A stretch of DNA of 64,000 bases, from NCBI GenBank assembly GCA_013265495.1, contig MU058687.1:2544001-2608000 (forward strand), read 5' to 3'. Positions 13,185 through 26,480 of the stretch are shown here, one piece after another. The notes below the pieces were generated by a model that was not told the origin of the DNA, made no database searches, and saw only the letters and a program-made list of their open reading frames with translations. This DNA is from Vicugna vicugna (taxonomy: Eukaryota). The position numbers and the translations under genes were made by a program. The stretch's first letter is position 1. Every line of letters begins with the position of its first letter.

Positions 13185-13198
13185 CCACTAGATGGCAG
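13185..13198 (+). promoter_or_regulatory. CTCF motif CCACTAGATGGCAG
   Basis: Matches the core consensus CCASYAGRKGGCRS; binding is not shown. Confidence 0.6.
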
Positions 13199-13968
13199 GC
13201 TTCCCGCTTTATTCCCCAGCTAGCCCTATTTTAACAGAAAAGAGATCCCCAACCAGCTCTTCAACAAACCAATCCTCCAAAGTATCCCCATTTAGACTCA
13301 CAGAATGTTAAGTGTGGACAAAAACTTGTTGAGATTTTTTTTTTAGTCAAATGTTTACAGAAGAATTTTTGGCCAAATTTTACAAAAGAAGAAAAAGAGC
13401 CCAAGAGGTCTGTAGATCCTGGGTTTACAAATTCTCCCAGGCCAGCTTGCTTTTCTGCTGTTCCACCAGCATCTTGACAAAAGCCATCCAAAAACTGACT
13501 TAAAAAGAAATATGATACAGGTGTGCTCAGTTTCTGAAAAATGTGTCGAGCTGAGTTATGATTTGTGCACTTTTCTGTGTGTATCTAACACTGACACACA
13601 CATACACATACACACAGAATAACTCTTCCACAGATGGAGTGGGTTGTTTGCCTGGTTTTGGTCTTGCAATTGCTTGTGAGCTTGGCCAGCCCTTGGCTGG
13701 TGAGCAACTTGAAGTCTGGGATCCTTTATGCAGCTCTGTGCTCCCAGAAGCCTTACGTAACAACTGACAAAAGGACAGATGAGGCGTCCAAGTTGGTTGG
13801 AATAAATTAAAGTGGAGTCCCTGTAACCAGCAGGGTGACTTTAGCCAAGGGACCTGCTCTTCAGGTCCTCAATTTCAAAAAACACAACGTTGAATTACAT
13901 TGTCATCAATCTCTGAGTGCAAAATATATCCGAGAAATGCCTACCAGAGTGCCACAAAGGTTGTGGGA

Positions 13969-14411
13969 CAATGGTTCTCAAAGTGTGGTCAAGGACCCCT
14001 AAGGGTTCCCCATCAATTTTCCTACCCCGTATCTGTGTGAGGATGTTTTCTTCATATAATTCCATCAAAACAACACATCACAAGAGCTTGAATGTAGAAG
14101 CAGATATGAGAATGTGTTAACTAAACATTAAAGAGATTTACAAAAATGTAAAACAACACCATCCTTACACATTTCCTTACTTTGGCAAAATACAGGTATT
14201 GCTCATAAAAATAAATAATTTATGTTAACATGCAACGGGGTTTATCGCTATTTTTTAAAAAAGTAATAAGTATTTAAATTTTTCTCAGTTATAATTTCCA
14301 ATATAGTATGGCAAATTCAAAATATCTCATATAAACAAAAGATGTTTGGGGTTTTCAATTGCTTTTAAGAGTGTAAAAGGGTCCTGAGAACAAAAAGCTT
14401 GAGAACTGCTG
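13969..14411 (+). mobile_element. hAT-Charlie DNA transposon fossil (Charlie1-like, internally deleted)
   Basis: Terminal inverted repeats caatggttctcaaa / cttgagaactgctg; degenerate 8-bp TSD ttgtggga / ttgtatga. Confidence 0.75.
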
Positions 14412-14911
14412 TTGTATGAGCTTAATTAACCCCATGATTAGCTCTCTGTTATTTATCTTTCATTCTTCAGAAGCAGAAATTTGTATATCAAACAATATTA
14501 ATTTCAGAATTATCAACACTGGCAGAGAAAAAGAAAAAAGACAAGTTGAATGTCTAAAACCAGGGGAAAGCTTTAACAATGATAAAATATGCCCCATTAA
14601 CTCAATGGGATTGTACCATAGAGTAGTATATAACAATAAAATGATTGTAAGACATAATGTTAATAGTGTAAAGACATAAATCAGTACTGACACCAACTGT
14701 AAAAATTTGAGACTGGAACCCAATATGTGAAAGTGAAAATGTTAAACACCTATTACACTATGTTTGAATGCTGAGACTATGAGTGCTGCTTTATTGGCTA
14801 TTAGCATTTTACTGCATATTTTTTGAAGCAGCATTTTTAAGTGAGCATTTTAAATGGCTTCCCCAGGTCTCTCAAACTAGGGCCAAAGAGACCACTGATT
14901 TTTTTCTATTT

Positions 14912-15029
14912 GGGAGGAGGGATAATTTGGTTTTTATTTTTTTTTTTTAATGGGGGTACTGGGGATTGAACCCAGGACCTCATGCATGCTAAGTACACAC
15001 TCTACCGATGAGCTATTCCCTCCCCCGCC
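14912..15029 (-). mobile_element. tRNA-derived SINE (camelid Vic-1 type)
   Basis: Same family as the 12269 and 56963 copies; TSD tttttctattt at 14901-14911 and 15030-15040. Confidence 0.88.
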
Positions 15030-18000
15030 TTTTTCTATTTAACAAGCCAAAAAGCGTCCTGATTTTGAAAAGCCAACTTCCTCCAGCAGACCCCAACAAA
15101 AGTCCCTGTCTTGCAGGCCTCTGGGAACCACCTCTGACAAATGGCAAATTTGTACAAACACACAGCCACCCTGGCCGTAGGAACTCTTAAGAAAACCGGC
15201 GCTGAATGGGAAGTGGTCCAGCGTTCAGTGGGTCAGCAGGCGACCAGGGGTCTTTGTGAAGGGAACAAAATCACATCTCCCCCTCACCAAGAGGGTCTCC
15301 AGCACCCCTCCCCTCCTGCACTGCCCCCGCCCCACACAGTGTGGATTTATGTTTCCCTTCATAGGCATATTAATAAACTCCCTCTTAAGCCAACTGCTTC
15401 TGGGGTTTTCAAGTGAAAAACACAGCCAGAAGGAGAATACATGCTTCAAAGAATCTTTACCTCCAGCCCATTAACTAGATGCTGTTCACATCTTCCTCTA
15501 GACCAGCTGGGGTAATTCCTCTTCTTAACTCCGCATGTGTATGTGGTTCTGTTTCAGACTCCCAGGATGGGCAGCACAGTGTGAAAGGGAGGCACTGGGT
15601 AATTAAGGGGATGATCTTATTCAGGCTCTTGCAAAAGGGAGACCATTCATTAATACAGAGAAAAGGAAGGAGGGCCTGGGGTTTCATAGAGACAAGAGAG
15701 TCGGGAGGAGAGTGGACAACAGGTCTCATCTGAAGGGCAGGATGGGAATAAACTGACTATGTGAACATATTCCTCTGTAGTTTCTCTACCGTCCCAGCTC
15801 CCTGGCTCTCTGGGAGCACAGAGCTCAGATACACTTCAACCCGGTCAACAGATTACCAAAAATCTGGGCTCCCTTGTAGCGGAGAAGGGAGGAAATAAGT
15901 GGTGAGAGGGAGGTCCCAGAGCCTCCAGGGGAAGTGGTAAGGGGCCCAGGGCAGAAAAAGAAGGATGGAAGGAGTGGACACACCTCCCCGCATTCTCTGG
16001 GCAGCTGAAATTTTGCTCCTCAAATTCAGAAATCTTCTCCTTCTCCCTCTCCCCTCCCATTCACCCTCCCCTTTTCTTTCTCGGCTGGCAGGTGAGTGAG
16101 GACAGTGCTGAAGGGAAACCAGTTCGATTCCTTTTATTCCTCCAAACACACACACAGGGAGAAAACTGGCCACTACCAGAAGATTCCAGCTAAATACTTA
16201 GGGTTCCTTAAGGATGTCTTTTGAAAAAAAAAAAAAAAAAGGTTTAGATGGTTGAATAGCTACAGCCATGATGGAAAGTAATAATTTTTCTTGCCAGTAA
16301 GAATAGCCTTTTTTTCTGACATCTTCTTTGATAAAGGCAAGACCTCCCCAGCTTCTTTGCCCTACAGCTCCCCATTTCAACCAATCCAGCCAGATGTGTG
16401 AATTTTTCCATTTCATACAGCACAGGGCTTAAGAATGGAAGAAGGGATGAGCTGTTTCCCTCATTAGTGGCTCTTTCCACCCCTACAGAGACTGTTTGTG
16501 GAGGATTTGTGCTGCTGGCTGTAGATAAAACAATCAGGGTGGGGGCCGCTTTGGAAATAGTGGGGGGATGGGGATTTTTCCATCTGGAATCACAAGACTT
16601 TTGGTGGCAGGGCCAGATGGAACCACGATCTGTCTGCGGAGACAAAGCTTCTCTATAAACTGGTCGAGCAAACAAGAATATGAGGTTTCTGACAATACGA
16701 TGGCCAAGAGATAGAAAACTGAGATTGGTTATGAAATGCCAAGAGCAGATCATTCCAACTTTGGTGAATTAAGCCCTGGATGTAAATCGGCAAGGAGCTT
16801 CCTCGAGCTGACGAAAGCAAGGATCGTAAAGCTTTAAATTCAAACTGGGACAGCAGAATAACAACTCACGGTCAGCGGTCTTCATCCTCTGAGCTTAAGT
16901 CATCTTTCAGCTGGGAGCAAGAGTGCTTCCTGAACGTACCCGGACAATGTTGGGACTTCGATTACTGAAAAGAATTTTATAAATGTTGAGTGTCCCTGTC
17001 GACACTCTTAATGAACATCCTCTGCATTGTACTGAAGCCAAATTCCAAGGTATCATTAGGGATTCTGAACAATGATACAACATAGATGGCGAATTTGCTT
17101 GAAGCTCCCAGCATCCAATTAGAAGGATGGTAGCAGATTTCCCAGAACACAGGAGATGAAAACCATCTGTCACAGCCTGCTTCCTAAGTCCTTCCTTCCA
17201 GGAGAGCTCTTTGTGTCACCTAATAATACCAAAAAGAATGCCTTCTTGGCCCTCAAACCCCATCTTCCAACCAGAGATCAGTTAACAAGCTGTGTGCCCT
17301 ACAGCAGGCCGCTTGCCCGCTCCGAGGCTTAATTTTCTCTTCTATAAAATGCAGCGGATGGACAAGCGTCCATGTTTTCAAATGTTTTTAAAGCAGTGGA
17401 ACCTTTTGTTTTTCCCCAAAGGAAAACTTTATGATGGAATCCAATTTGTAAATACCGTTTGTCACTTGGAGGAACTATACTCAATGTGTCACCGATCAGA
17501 ATGATGAAGGGAACTCGCTCAGGTCTTTGTGCCTTAAATCCCCAAGTAGACTATCAGTTCCAATATGTTGGATCACTCCCTGCAAATATTGAGTGTTTTA
17601 AAAACATTGTGTGGGGAAAAAAATCATGCTTCAATGGAAAACTATGCATCATCTAGAGGACACTCTCCCGACCATCTGACTGTGATGCTACGGGGACCCT
17701 TTCACTGCCTTTGAGTTATTTTACAACTCTGTAAATCATAGATAAGTGATAGCAATGCACATAATTCTTGTTACATAAATTATAAATTCTGTCCTGTGGA
17801 GGTTCAGTTGACTTTCCTCCTATCCCCCAAGGGAAATGCCAGTTTCCTTCTGTTCAGAAATGTACTTCACATTCCACTACACCCTATACATGTATGCTTC
17901 TTTGACTTCTCATTTGAACTGGTTGTAACATCTCCCCAGCTATCATTAATAATGAGCTAAATAAAGACTTTAACATGAATTCATTTATATTTGTGGGAGA

Positions 18001-20325
18001 GTCATGATTTTTAGCTTCCTTGGAAAAATAACTGTCTTTTGGAAAATTATTAATATTGTATCCCAGTTCTTACCAATCCCAATCAAACATGTGACCTCCA
18101 CATTGAAAGAGCCACCTAAAGCCAGTCTTCAAAGTCTCAGTAAAACCCACAGCTTGGCCTCCTGCTGTGGGAGGTACCCAGGCCCTGTGGGTGCTTCTTC
18201 CCATCACTATGAGCACTGAACTCAGCCTTGCCTTATCAACTGCTGGTTTTAGTGATTTCAGGGAGATGGCTTTTGACAGAAGGAGAAAATCTTTGGAGGC
18301 AATTGTGTATGTAAGCCTGAATTATTCAGCAGAGTTCCTGCTCTGATCAAGTTCAGTGGGATGATGGTATTTTTTTCCCATGTGGATACAAAATCTAGAG
18401 TTAGAGGGGCTGGAAGGAATCCAGGAAATGATCTAACCTCCCCCCCACCCTGACTCCTTTGTGGATGAGGTCACTGGGACCCCACAGGGGTAGGTCAGCC
18501 AGGGGCTGGGATGGGAGCTGGAGCCACAGCCCCAGGCCAGGTGCCCTGCAGTCATGCATCTTCTCACACCTTCATTTTTCTACAGTCACTTCCTGCATGC
18601 TGGGCACTGTACCACGTGACGAGTGCTCAGAAGTGGGCTCACATTTTTGAGCTATTTGCCCACTTCACCTTCTGCCCCTTTTAAGCAGATCCTCGGCTCC
18701 AGTTCTTCTCTTCAAGAAAGCAGTGACAATGCAGAAAGCTGAGAGCCTCCTGAGAGCTTCAGTTTCCAATCCCTGAAGTCTCAACACTGGGGAAGAACAC
18801 AGAAGACTACAGGTAACGACCAGAAAGGCAAGGAAAGGCTTCCAATGGGCTAGTGTCGGAAGAGAAAGGCAGGCTGTGCCCTGGTGTGGAGCAAAGCCCC
18901 AGGGATGCCCACAGCAGACCCCTAGGTGGGGGAATGCCTGGGGGGCTCCGAGTCTCTGAGACACAAAGCAGCGCAGAGCCCCACCCTTCCAAGGGCCACG
19001 TGGACAAGCCTGAGGGACAGCTCAGGAGTGACCTAGAAGACTAATAACTAGGGCCACGTGCCCTGGCCCCATTAGGATCTTGGCTCCACAGAGACCCTGA
19101 AACTTGAAAAACAAACAAATGGGGGCAGGAGTGCGGGGAGTTGGTGCTGCAGGCAGATGGACAGACACTCAGGGCCAAGGAGGCTCCAGGATTTCTCCTC
19201 AAACTGGGCCCAAGAGGACAGTTTCTCCTTGCTTTCAGCTCAGACTAATCAAACTCCCGACCAGCACTGGGGGTGACCACTCCAGAAATGGCCACTTCTT
19301 GCACTGGGGTTATAAGGAGCTCCTCAACAAGGAGCAATCCTAGACAAAACAATGCTAGGGTGATGGATACTGTTGATGCTTTTATCATCTGTTTTCTGAG
19401 TGTTACCACATCCCAGGAATTGGGACCAGAGGGGATGAGGAGAGGGGAGGTCTGCCTATGGGGGCAGGGAAGCACACACAGCATCACTTCCTCTCTTCCC
19501 AGGCAGCAGCGGATGCGACCCTGACGTGACCCCACAGGTGCTCCCCTCTCCTCTGCTGGCCTCCAGCCAGATCCCAGATTCCAGTCCTTTCCAATGCCCT
19601 AGAGGACCAAACTTTCAAAAGGAGGAAGGAAGGAAAAAAGGGGAGGGGAAGAAGGGATCATAAGAGAATGGAGGGTTTAGAAGAGGAGGGGAGCAGGGTT
19701 GGTGGGGGAGGGAAAATCAGAAAATCAGAAAATCAAACATATGAGGAACTAACTGGGAAACTGTAGCACCTGAGGCCTGGCTCCTTTCGGTCAACTCTTG
19801 CTTGGGGGTCTGTTGCAGGAGGCTTAGGAGGGCTGTTTCCAGGGTCTCTCATTCACATAGTAGCTCAAACTTAGATTTGCAAAGACCACCAAACGAAATA
19901 CTGAGAAGCACAGACCTGCATTTTAAGAAGATGACGCTCAACCTTCAGCCTGAAGCTTGCCCACATCCTGGTCACCGCGGCTGCAGGGCGCTGTGAGTCA
20001 GAATGGATCACCAATTCAGTGGTCATCGTGCCCAGTTTTATTGCAACATGTCCTTTGTGTTTAATGGGCTAATCTGTTGAAGGCAAACATTTAAAACAAA
20101 TCACAAATTTTATAATGCTGTTTGAGCTCTGCTCTTCATTGTTTAATTTACAGGGAGCCCTTAAAACCGGAAGTGACCCAAGTCTCCCTCAGTCCCTAGA
20201 GGCCCTGGGGCCACCCTCCACAGCCCAAGGCCTCCTTGGGGTCAGTGTTTCCCCTGGAGGACACCCACCAGAACGAGGAAAGCCCCACCAAATGCTCGGG
20301 AAGGAAGCAGTCATGGCACCCTTAC

Positions 20326-20738
20326 TGTTAAAGAAAAAATTATTCTGACAATTGTTGAAAGGGTAAGGAAGATTTTCTGTAGGACAGTCACAGCAGGCAT
20401 TAAGACTATTGCAAACAGGGCAGAGAGACTGGGCTCACTTCCAAATATGACAGGAACAAGTGGGCATTTATAGCCAAGGAGCCGGGAGGGGAGGTGGTAT
20501 TGCAGATGGAGAATCACCAGGAGGAGACATCAGAGGTGGGGATTCCTGCTCAAGGCAGCCAGGGTGATCAGCTATCAAGGGTAGGGGATTCTCTCTAGAC
20601 TGACTTAGCAGGATTCTTGCTACTATACCTAGGCTATGCGGCCCCAGCCAGGACAGGCAACGATCAGGGCCCAGTCATGAAGTGGGCTCAGAGGGGCCTG
20701 ACTGAAGTTTGGTCAAGGAGACAAGTCTTTGCTTGTCA
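20326..20738 (-). mobile_element. ERV1 solo LTR, MER31-like
   Basis: TG...CA termini; the reverse complement begins tgacaagcaaagacttgtctccttgaccaaacttcagtcaggcccctctgagccc, as recalled for MER31. Confidence 0.75.
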
Positions 20739-22750
20739 CAGCCGCTGTGAGAGTCTGCTATCCCAAGCACAAGGCCCTTTGTTAAATCTTCATAAATAAT
20801 TTTACAGATACAGAAGTTGAGATTCAGAGCAATTACACAACTTGCCCAAGATTCCAGCCTGGAAGAGGCACAGTGAGGACTGCAGACCCAGGCAGCCTGG
20901 CTGTGACAGGTCTGCTCCTCCCCACTAAACTATGCCACCTCTTAACACTAGCCATAGCAGCCAGAGCAGGCTTCCCTGTTCAAATCCAAAGAACCTTACT
21001 ATCACAGTAGCACAATAAACGGCTGGGGGGCTGGTAGGAGAAGTCATAAAGCTTGAATGCCAAAACATTCGTTTCCAAAACCAGAGTTGGTTTCGATGGC
21101 AAAAGCTTCCCAGAGGAAATTACTATTTCAATCACTGTGGGTGAAACAATGTTCTTTGGGCGAACAAAGGCTGAGCTTTCAAATATTTCCCTCTGGTTTA
21201 AAATAATTTTGGTTGAAACATTTTGACTCTCAAAAGGAAGTTTCTTTGTAAGAAACTGCAAGAAATGCAGGTGCAGTTAAGGCACACCCAAAACAAAGCC
21301 TTCAGAAAACCCTCGCTTCCTCTCAAAATCATACCGTTTCCTACTGTCTCACTCCCACATAACTCAAAGCCATATGAAATCTCCACGAATATATGTGCAT
21401 TTATCTGTTTTGCAGAGGAGAATTTCAATCCCAAAATGGGGGTGAGGGGGAACAGAAAAAAATGAGTAAGGAAAAACACCTTTTTTGCCTAGTATGCATA
21501 TGTGGCATTTGTACTTGTTACCAAAATGCAGAAGTTACTTAAATGACCACAGAATCCCACTTCTCCCTCCCCCAGTGCTGAGCTGCAGCACTACTGAGAA
21601 TGTCCCAAAGGCAGCTCAATTACTACAAGGAGGGTTCTCTTTTTTAAAGTATCGCTGTTAATATTAATATTTCACGATGCCATCTACAGCAGATTATAAC
21701 TTGTGTTTGTTCTCCACTATATTCGTGCTTCCTCTGATTTCCAGCAGGTAGCCAGATCCTTCGGAGTTGCTTATTTTCTGGGTTTTGCAGAGCAGAAAGC
21801 AAAAGAGCTTCAAGTCAATGCCTCCTTAACTTTTTGGGGGGTGGGGAGAGACAAGAGCTAAGGAAATGTAGTGAAGAGGTGTGTCCTCATTAGGGAGTAA
21901 AAGTAGCAAGAGAAAATCCCCCAGATGCCGTGGGGCACCATGCATCTCTTTTTGGCAAGATCTGAAGGGACAGATGGCTACCCGGGACACCTAGGGGTGC
22001 TGAGCCCTGGACACCAAGGGTTCAAGTCTTCTCAAGAATCCCTTGCCCCAAGTGTGGCATCGACACATCAGGGACCTGAAGAGAACATGCAACAGAGACA
22101 CAGGAGTCTCAAGAGTGGCCTGTGGGACACAGTATTTCAGAGACGGCTTGAGTGTTTCAGGTTTCAAGATCTTTGTATAAGCTGTAGGGGAGACCCAATA
22201 ATTATCAAAATTTAACTTTCCCGCAATTCAACACCTGGGATAAACCCAGGCTGATTTAACACAAAGAAATTGAATACTCCTGAACATCTGAGTTTATGGA
22301 CTAACATTCATACCAACTATATCTTCATCCATCTGTTCATTTGACAAGCAGTCACTGAGTTTCCATCATATGCTGAGATGGGACCTGGGGACATGGTGGT
22401 TCCCCAGGCTCCCAGAGATCACACACTCAGAGATGTCCATCCTGAAGCAAGGAGAAGCTGCTGCAGGGTCACCCAGTGGTAAGTCAAGGCCCTGGGATGT
22501 CTTACAGATATCATCAGAAATGATCCACCTGGCTCTCATACTCATCCATTGTTAAACTATGCATACTGTATCAAGTTTCAAAATGATACACATAGGAGTT
22601 TATCCCACGTAAACAATCATGGGTGAATGCAATGATTTTGCTTGCTGCCATTATTATGACAAAACCCTGGAAACAGCAAAAGTAGGTTAAATATATTACA
22701 ATATATCCATTTATTGGAGCACCATGAATGCATTAAGAATGATGTTTACA

Positions 22751-22951
22751 TTACCTTATAATTAAAAATAAAATAAAAATAAAAGTAAATAAATACATAA
22801 ATTTTAAAATATAATATTAAACATAAAAAATAAAGAAACATAACTTTAGATTACCTTATAATTAAAAATAAAATAAAAAATAAAAGTAAATAAATACATA
22901 AATTTTAAAATATAATATTAAACATAAAAAATAAAGAAACATAACTTTAGA
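22751..22951. repeat. Tandem duplication of a 100-bp AT-rich unit
   Basis: 22751-22850 and 22851-22951 are identical apart from one extra A in a homopolymer run. Confidence 0.95.
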
Positions 22952-22959
22952 AGAGCATT

Positions 22960-23715
22960 TGATCATAGGCCGAGTCCCACTAAAACTGAGTTCCTCTGCT
23001 GAGTTTATGACTAACATCTGTACCAAAAGTATTACTCCTTTTCTTGTCCAACATCTGTTCCCCTAAAGACTGAGCATATCAGGGAAAAGGGGGGAAGTGA
23101 AACTGCATACAAGCCCCTATGTCTCTGTCCTTCAAAGCAAAGGTTTTTGCTTTAGTCCCTGGGGACCCCCTGAGTCTCAAAGGGCTGGCCCAGGAGTGAA
23201 TGTCTAAGAAATAAGAAGATGTAGAAACAATACTTTGTTGAGCTGGGAAACTGGTAACAATTTATACTATAAACCAGCTATATAGCAGAGTCACTGAACA
23301 CCCAGTTCCCTAAAAGAAATATATAAAGGTCCAACACACATTCCTAAGCTGTTTTTACAGGAAGCAGACCCCTACCAGCGGAAAAATGCTGATTGCTACC
23401 ACGTACACCCCAGACTGGCTGAAACCCAGATGACTGGGGATGCTCGAAACTTCACCTTGATGCCAGTCAATCCGAGAGTTGAGCACAAGCTGATCACGCA
23501 CCCTGCAGCCCCCTCCTCACGTTGCCTTTATAACCTTTGTCTCCTACCCGGCAACTTGGAGACAGTCTTAGGACATTAGTTCACCATCTTCCCAGGTTGC
23601 TGGCCTCCTGAACAAAGCAACTTTTCCTTTTCTACCAATACTTGTCTCTCGAGTATTGACCTTTAGAGTGGCGAACAGCTGAACCTGGGTTCCGTACCAG
23701 CCTCGTCTGGTTACA
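22960..23715 (+). mobile_element. ERV1-type solo LTR inserted into an old L1ME 3' fragment
   Basis: TG...CA ends, TATA-like cctttataacc and R/U5-like accatcttcccaggttgctggcctcctgaacaaagc. The flanks (tagaagagcatt / atgacatggaaagg) rejoin as an L1ME 3' end. Confidence 0.7.
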
Positions 23716-23889
23716 ATGACATGGAAAGGCATAATCAATATGTTGCTGAAAAAAGTTATAAAACTGAACAAATATGATCACATTTCTATAAAAGTGATAT
23801 AAATATGCATATTGTAAATATGTGTACTATTGAATAGGATACAGGGCACTGGGAGGATATACCACAAAATATTAAAGGTGGTTATTTCT

Positions 23890-24147
23890 GCCAGCTCTAC
23901 AGTATGATTTTGTGGGCTTCAAGCACTTTTGCCTTCACGGACTGCCTCACTAAAAAAAAAAAAGTTTGAGAATTATATTTTATGATGGCATTGGTATAAA
24001 GATGAATACAATCCAGACTAGGTTCATTATTATATGTTTATTATTATTATGCTCATTTTTCTTCTTATTTCAAGAGAAATTAAAATTGAAACATTCATAG
24101 ACCCTCAGCTCTATGCCTTCTGGGGCTATTAGATACTTCAGCCCTGC
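23890..24147. mobile_element. hAT-Tip100 fossil (ORSL-like)
   Basis: gcacttttgccttc...ttggtataaagatgaatacaatccagactaggttcattattatat resembles the recalled ORSL consensus. Confidence 0.5.
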
Positions 24148-24619
24148 TTTCTGAGTGATGGGATTCCTTGATTTTTATTTCCTTCTTGTGCTAATGGTCA
24201 GAATCTAGGTCTGTGAGTCACTAAGGAATTGAAGGCATCTGAAAGGGTAGGTGAGGGCAGACAAAGGTCAGGCTGAAAAGGTAGGCAGCGGCCAGAATGT
24301 GTAGGACTATTTAAGTCCAGTTAAGGAGCTGAAACTGTCCTTACTCCAATGGGAAATCATCATATAGTCTTAAGCAAAGGGGTACTTTGCTCCTGGGTGG
24401 AGAATGGATCTCCTGAATCTCCAGCAGTGGCCCTGAGTCCCTGGTGATGGTTGTTGTGTAGCATGAATCCCATGGTAAGACTTACTCCAGCCTGGTTAAG
24501 ACAACTGAACAAATGCAGAGATGTGCACTGGGACTTCTACACTTCCCACACGCCCCATCCCAGCCTTCAGAACCGTACAAACAAGGAAAAATTAAAACAA
24601 AACAGGGTAGAGGCAGGAA

Positions 24620-25010
24620 TACCACACTGTCCTAAGTACTACAGGTTTATAATACGTCTTGATTCTGCTGGTATACATCTTCCAGCTTTCTTTTTCTTCT
24701 TCAAGACTATATTTCCTCTTCTCGGCCATTTGAATTTCCATATGAATTTTAGAATCGGCGTGTCCATTTCCACAAAATAAAACCTGCTAGTACTTTGACT
24801 GGGATGGCGCTGAATCTAAAGATGAATCTGGAGAGAACTGGCATGTCTGCAGCACTGAGTCTCCCAATCTATGAACATGGTCTAGCCCTCCATTAATTTA
24901 GGCTTTCTCTAAATTTCCTTCAATAACGATATGCTGTTTCCAGTGAAGAGGTCTTGCACATGTTTTGTTAGATCTATTCCTAGATAAGTGATGTTTTTAG
25001 GTGATTGTAA
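24620..25010 (-). mobile_element. Old L1 ORF2 fragment
   Basis: ttccatatgaattttagaatcggc...ttgactgggatggcgctgaatcta...aggtcttgcacatgttttgttagat is typical antisense L1M sequence. Confidence 0.75.
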
Positions 25011-26094
25011 CGGGCAAAAATTAAAGGTACTAATTAAAGGAAATAATGTCTAGGTAAAGTACTCTACAAAATGTAAAACTTTATACAAATCTGAGATAGT
25101 CTGTCTCACCAATACTACCGAACTCATCATTTTGGAAAGCCAGTCTACACTCCCGTAAGGCATCTTTCCAAGTAGCTACTGATTAACCAAGATGCTGACA
25201 CTACAGAACCAGGAACAGCCAAAAACTGACATCAGAGGACAAGAAGAGAATGGCCTGGAATAAACTCAGAAAAAACCAAGTTCTCAGTCTGAGTTTGAAT
25301 TTTACCCAATAGCCACCAGATGGCCTCAGGGGGGAAAAGACCTCAAAAAAGCACATCATTCAATCAAAACTCAGAGACTTGATCCACTTGATATAAGATC
25401 TCATTCAACCTATGAGCTCCTGAAACTGTTGCTGAAAATTAGCTTAGACCAGCCCTCAGTGGGAGCTAAGGTCCTACTTCAGCTTCTCTGCGCTCCTCCT
25501 GTCTCCATTAGAATTCTCATGTGCAGAGCAGACTAAGGCCAGACGTGGCTTCTTCCTGGGACCAGTCCTGGGCAATGCTGATGCCCTCACTTTCAGCTGC
25601 CTCTCAGTCTGAACTAGTGACTCACACGTGCTCCCCTGAGCCCCACCTCACATGCACCCTCCTCCTCCTGCCAAGCACTGCCTTCCCCAGACACAACTCG
25701 GATTCTCACCTCCTTCCTCTTTCCAGCAGTCTGGAGGAGACGATAGCCAAGAATGAAATCGTCTGGATATTAAGAGTAGTTATAAAACACAAAAAGGAGA
25801 CAGACTTTGCTGTTATTCACCTCCACATATTCCATCCAGTCTCTTGGATACCCCCTCCTTGATCAATGTAGCAATAATCATTATTCATTGAATCAACAAT
25901 ATTTTTTGAGCATATGCCATATGCCAGACAGTATTTTAAGCACCCAAGATACAGCAGTGAACAGTACAACAGAAGTCCCTTCCTTCTTGCAGCTTATGCC
26001 ATTGGGAGAGAGGTGACCGTGTCCCCAGGGAAGGTGGAGAGGGGCAGGGAACAGGACTACCAGTTGCAAATCAAGAGGATTTTAGAAGTCCAGG

Positions 26095-26480
26095 GTCTTA
26101 GTTTGGGGTCCCTCAAAAGCAGACCCTAAGATAGGGATTTGAGAACAGGCTACTTATTGAGGAAGTGATCCAGGAAACATAGGTGAGCAAATGCGGAAAT
26201 GACAGGAAAGGAGGAAAGCCACAGTTTGTTAACGAAGGGTTAAAACTATGGGTAATTAAGACTCAGTCCTGGGGTCCCTCATATATACTGTATCAAATGT
26301 GCCTCAGAAGTATCCCACTATAGGATAAGGAAGCTCAGGGGTTTATCCACCAACTCCCACCCTCATTAGCTGAGGATCACTCCTAGGATCTTAACTCCCT
26401 GGCATCCCAGGCTGAGAGAGGCAGGAGGCTGTGCGCATGTACAGGAACTGTCTGCAGGTGACCTCTGAGATGGGCTACAG
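26095..26480 (-). mobile_element. ERVL LTR fragment (LTR33-like)
   Basis: ggggtccctcaaaagcagaccctaagatagggatttgag...tacttattgaggaagtgatccaggaaaca. Confidence 0.6.
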
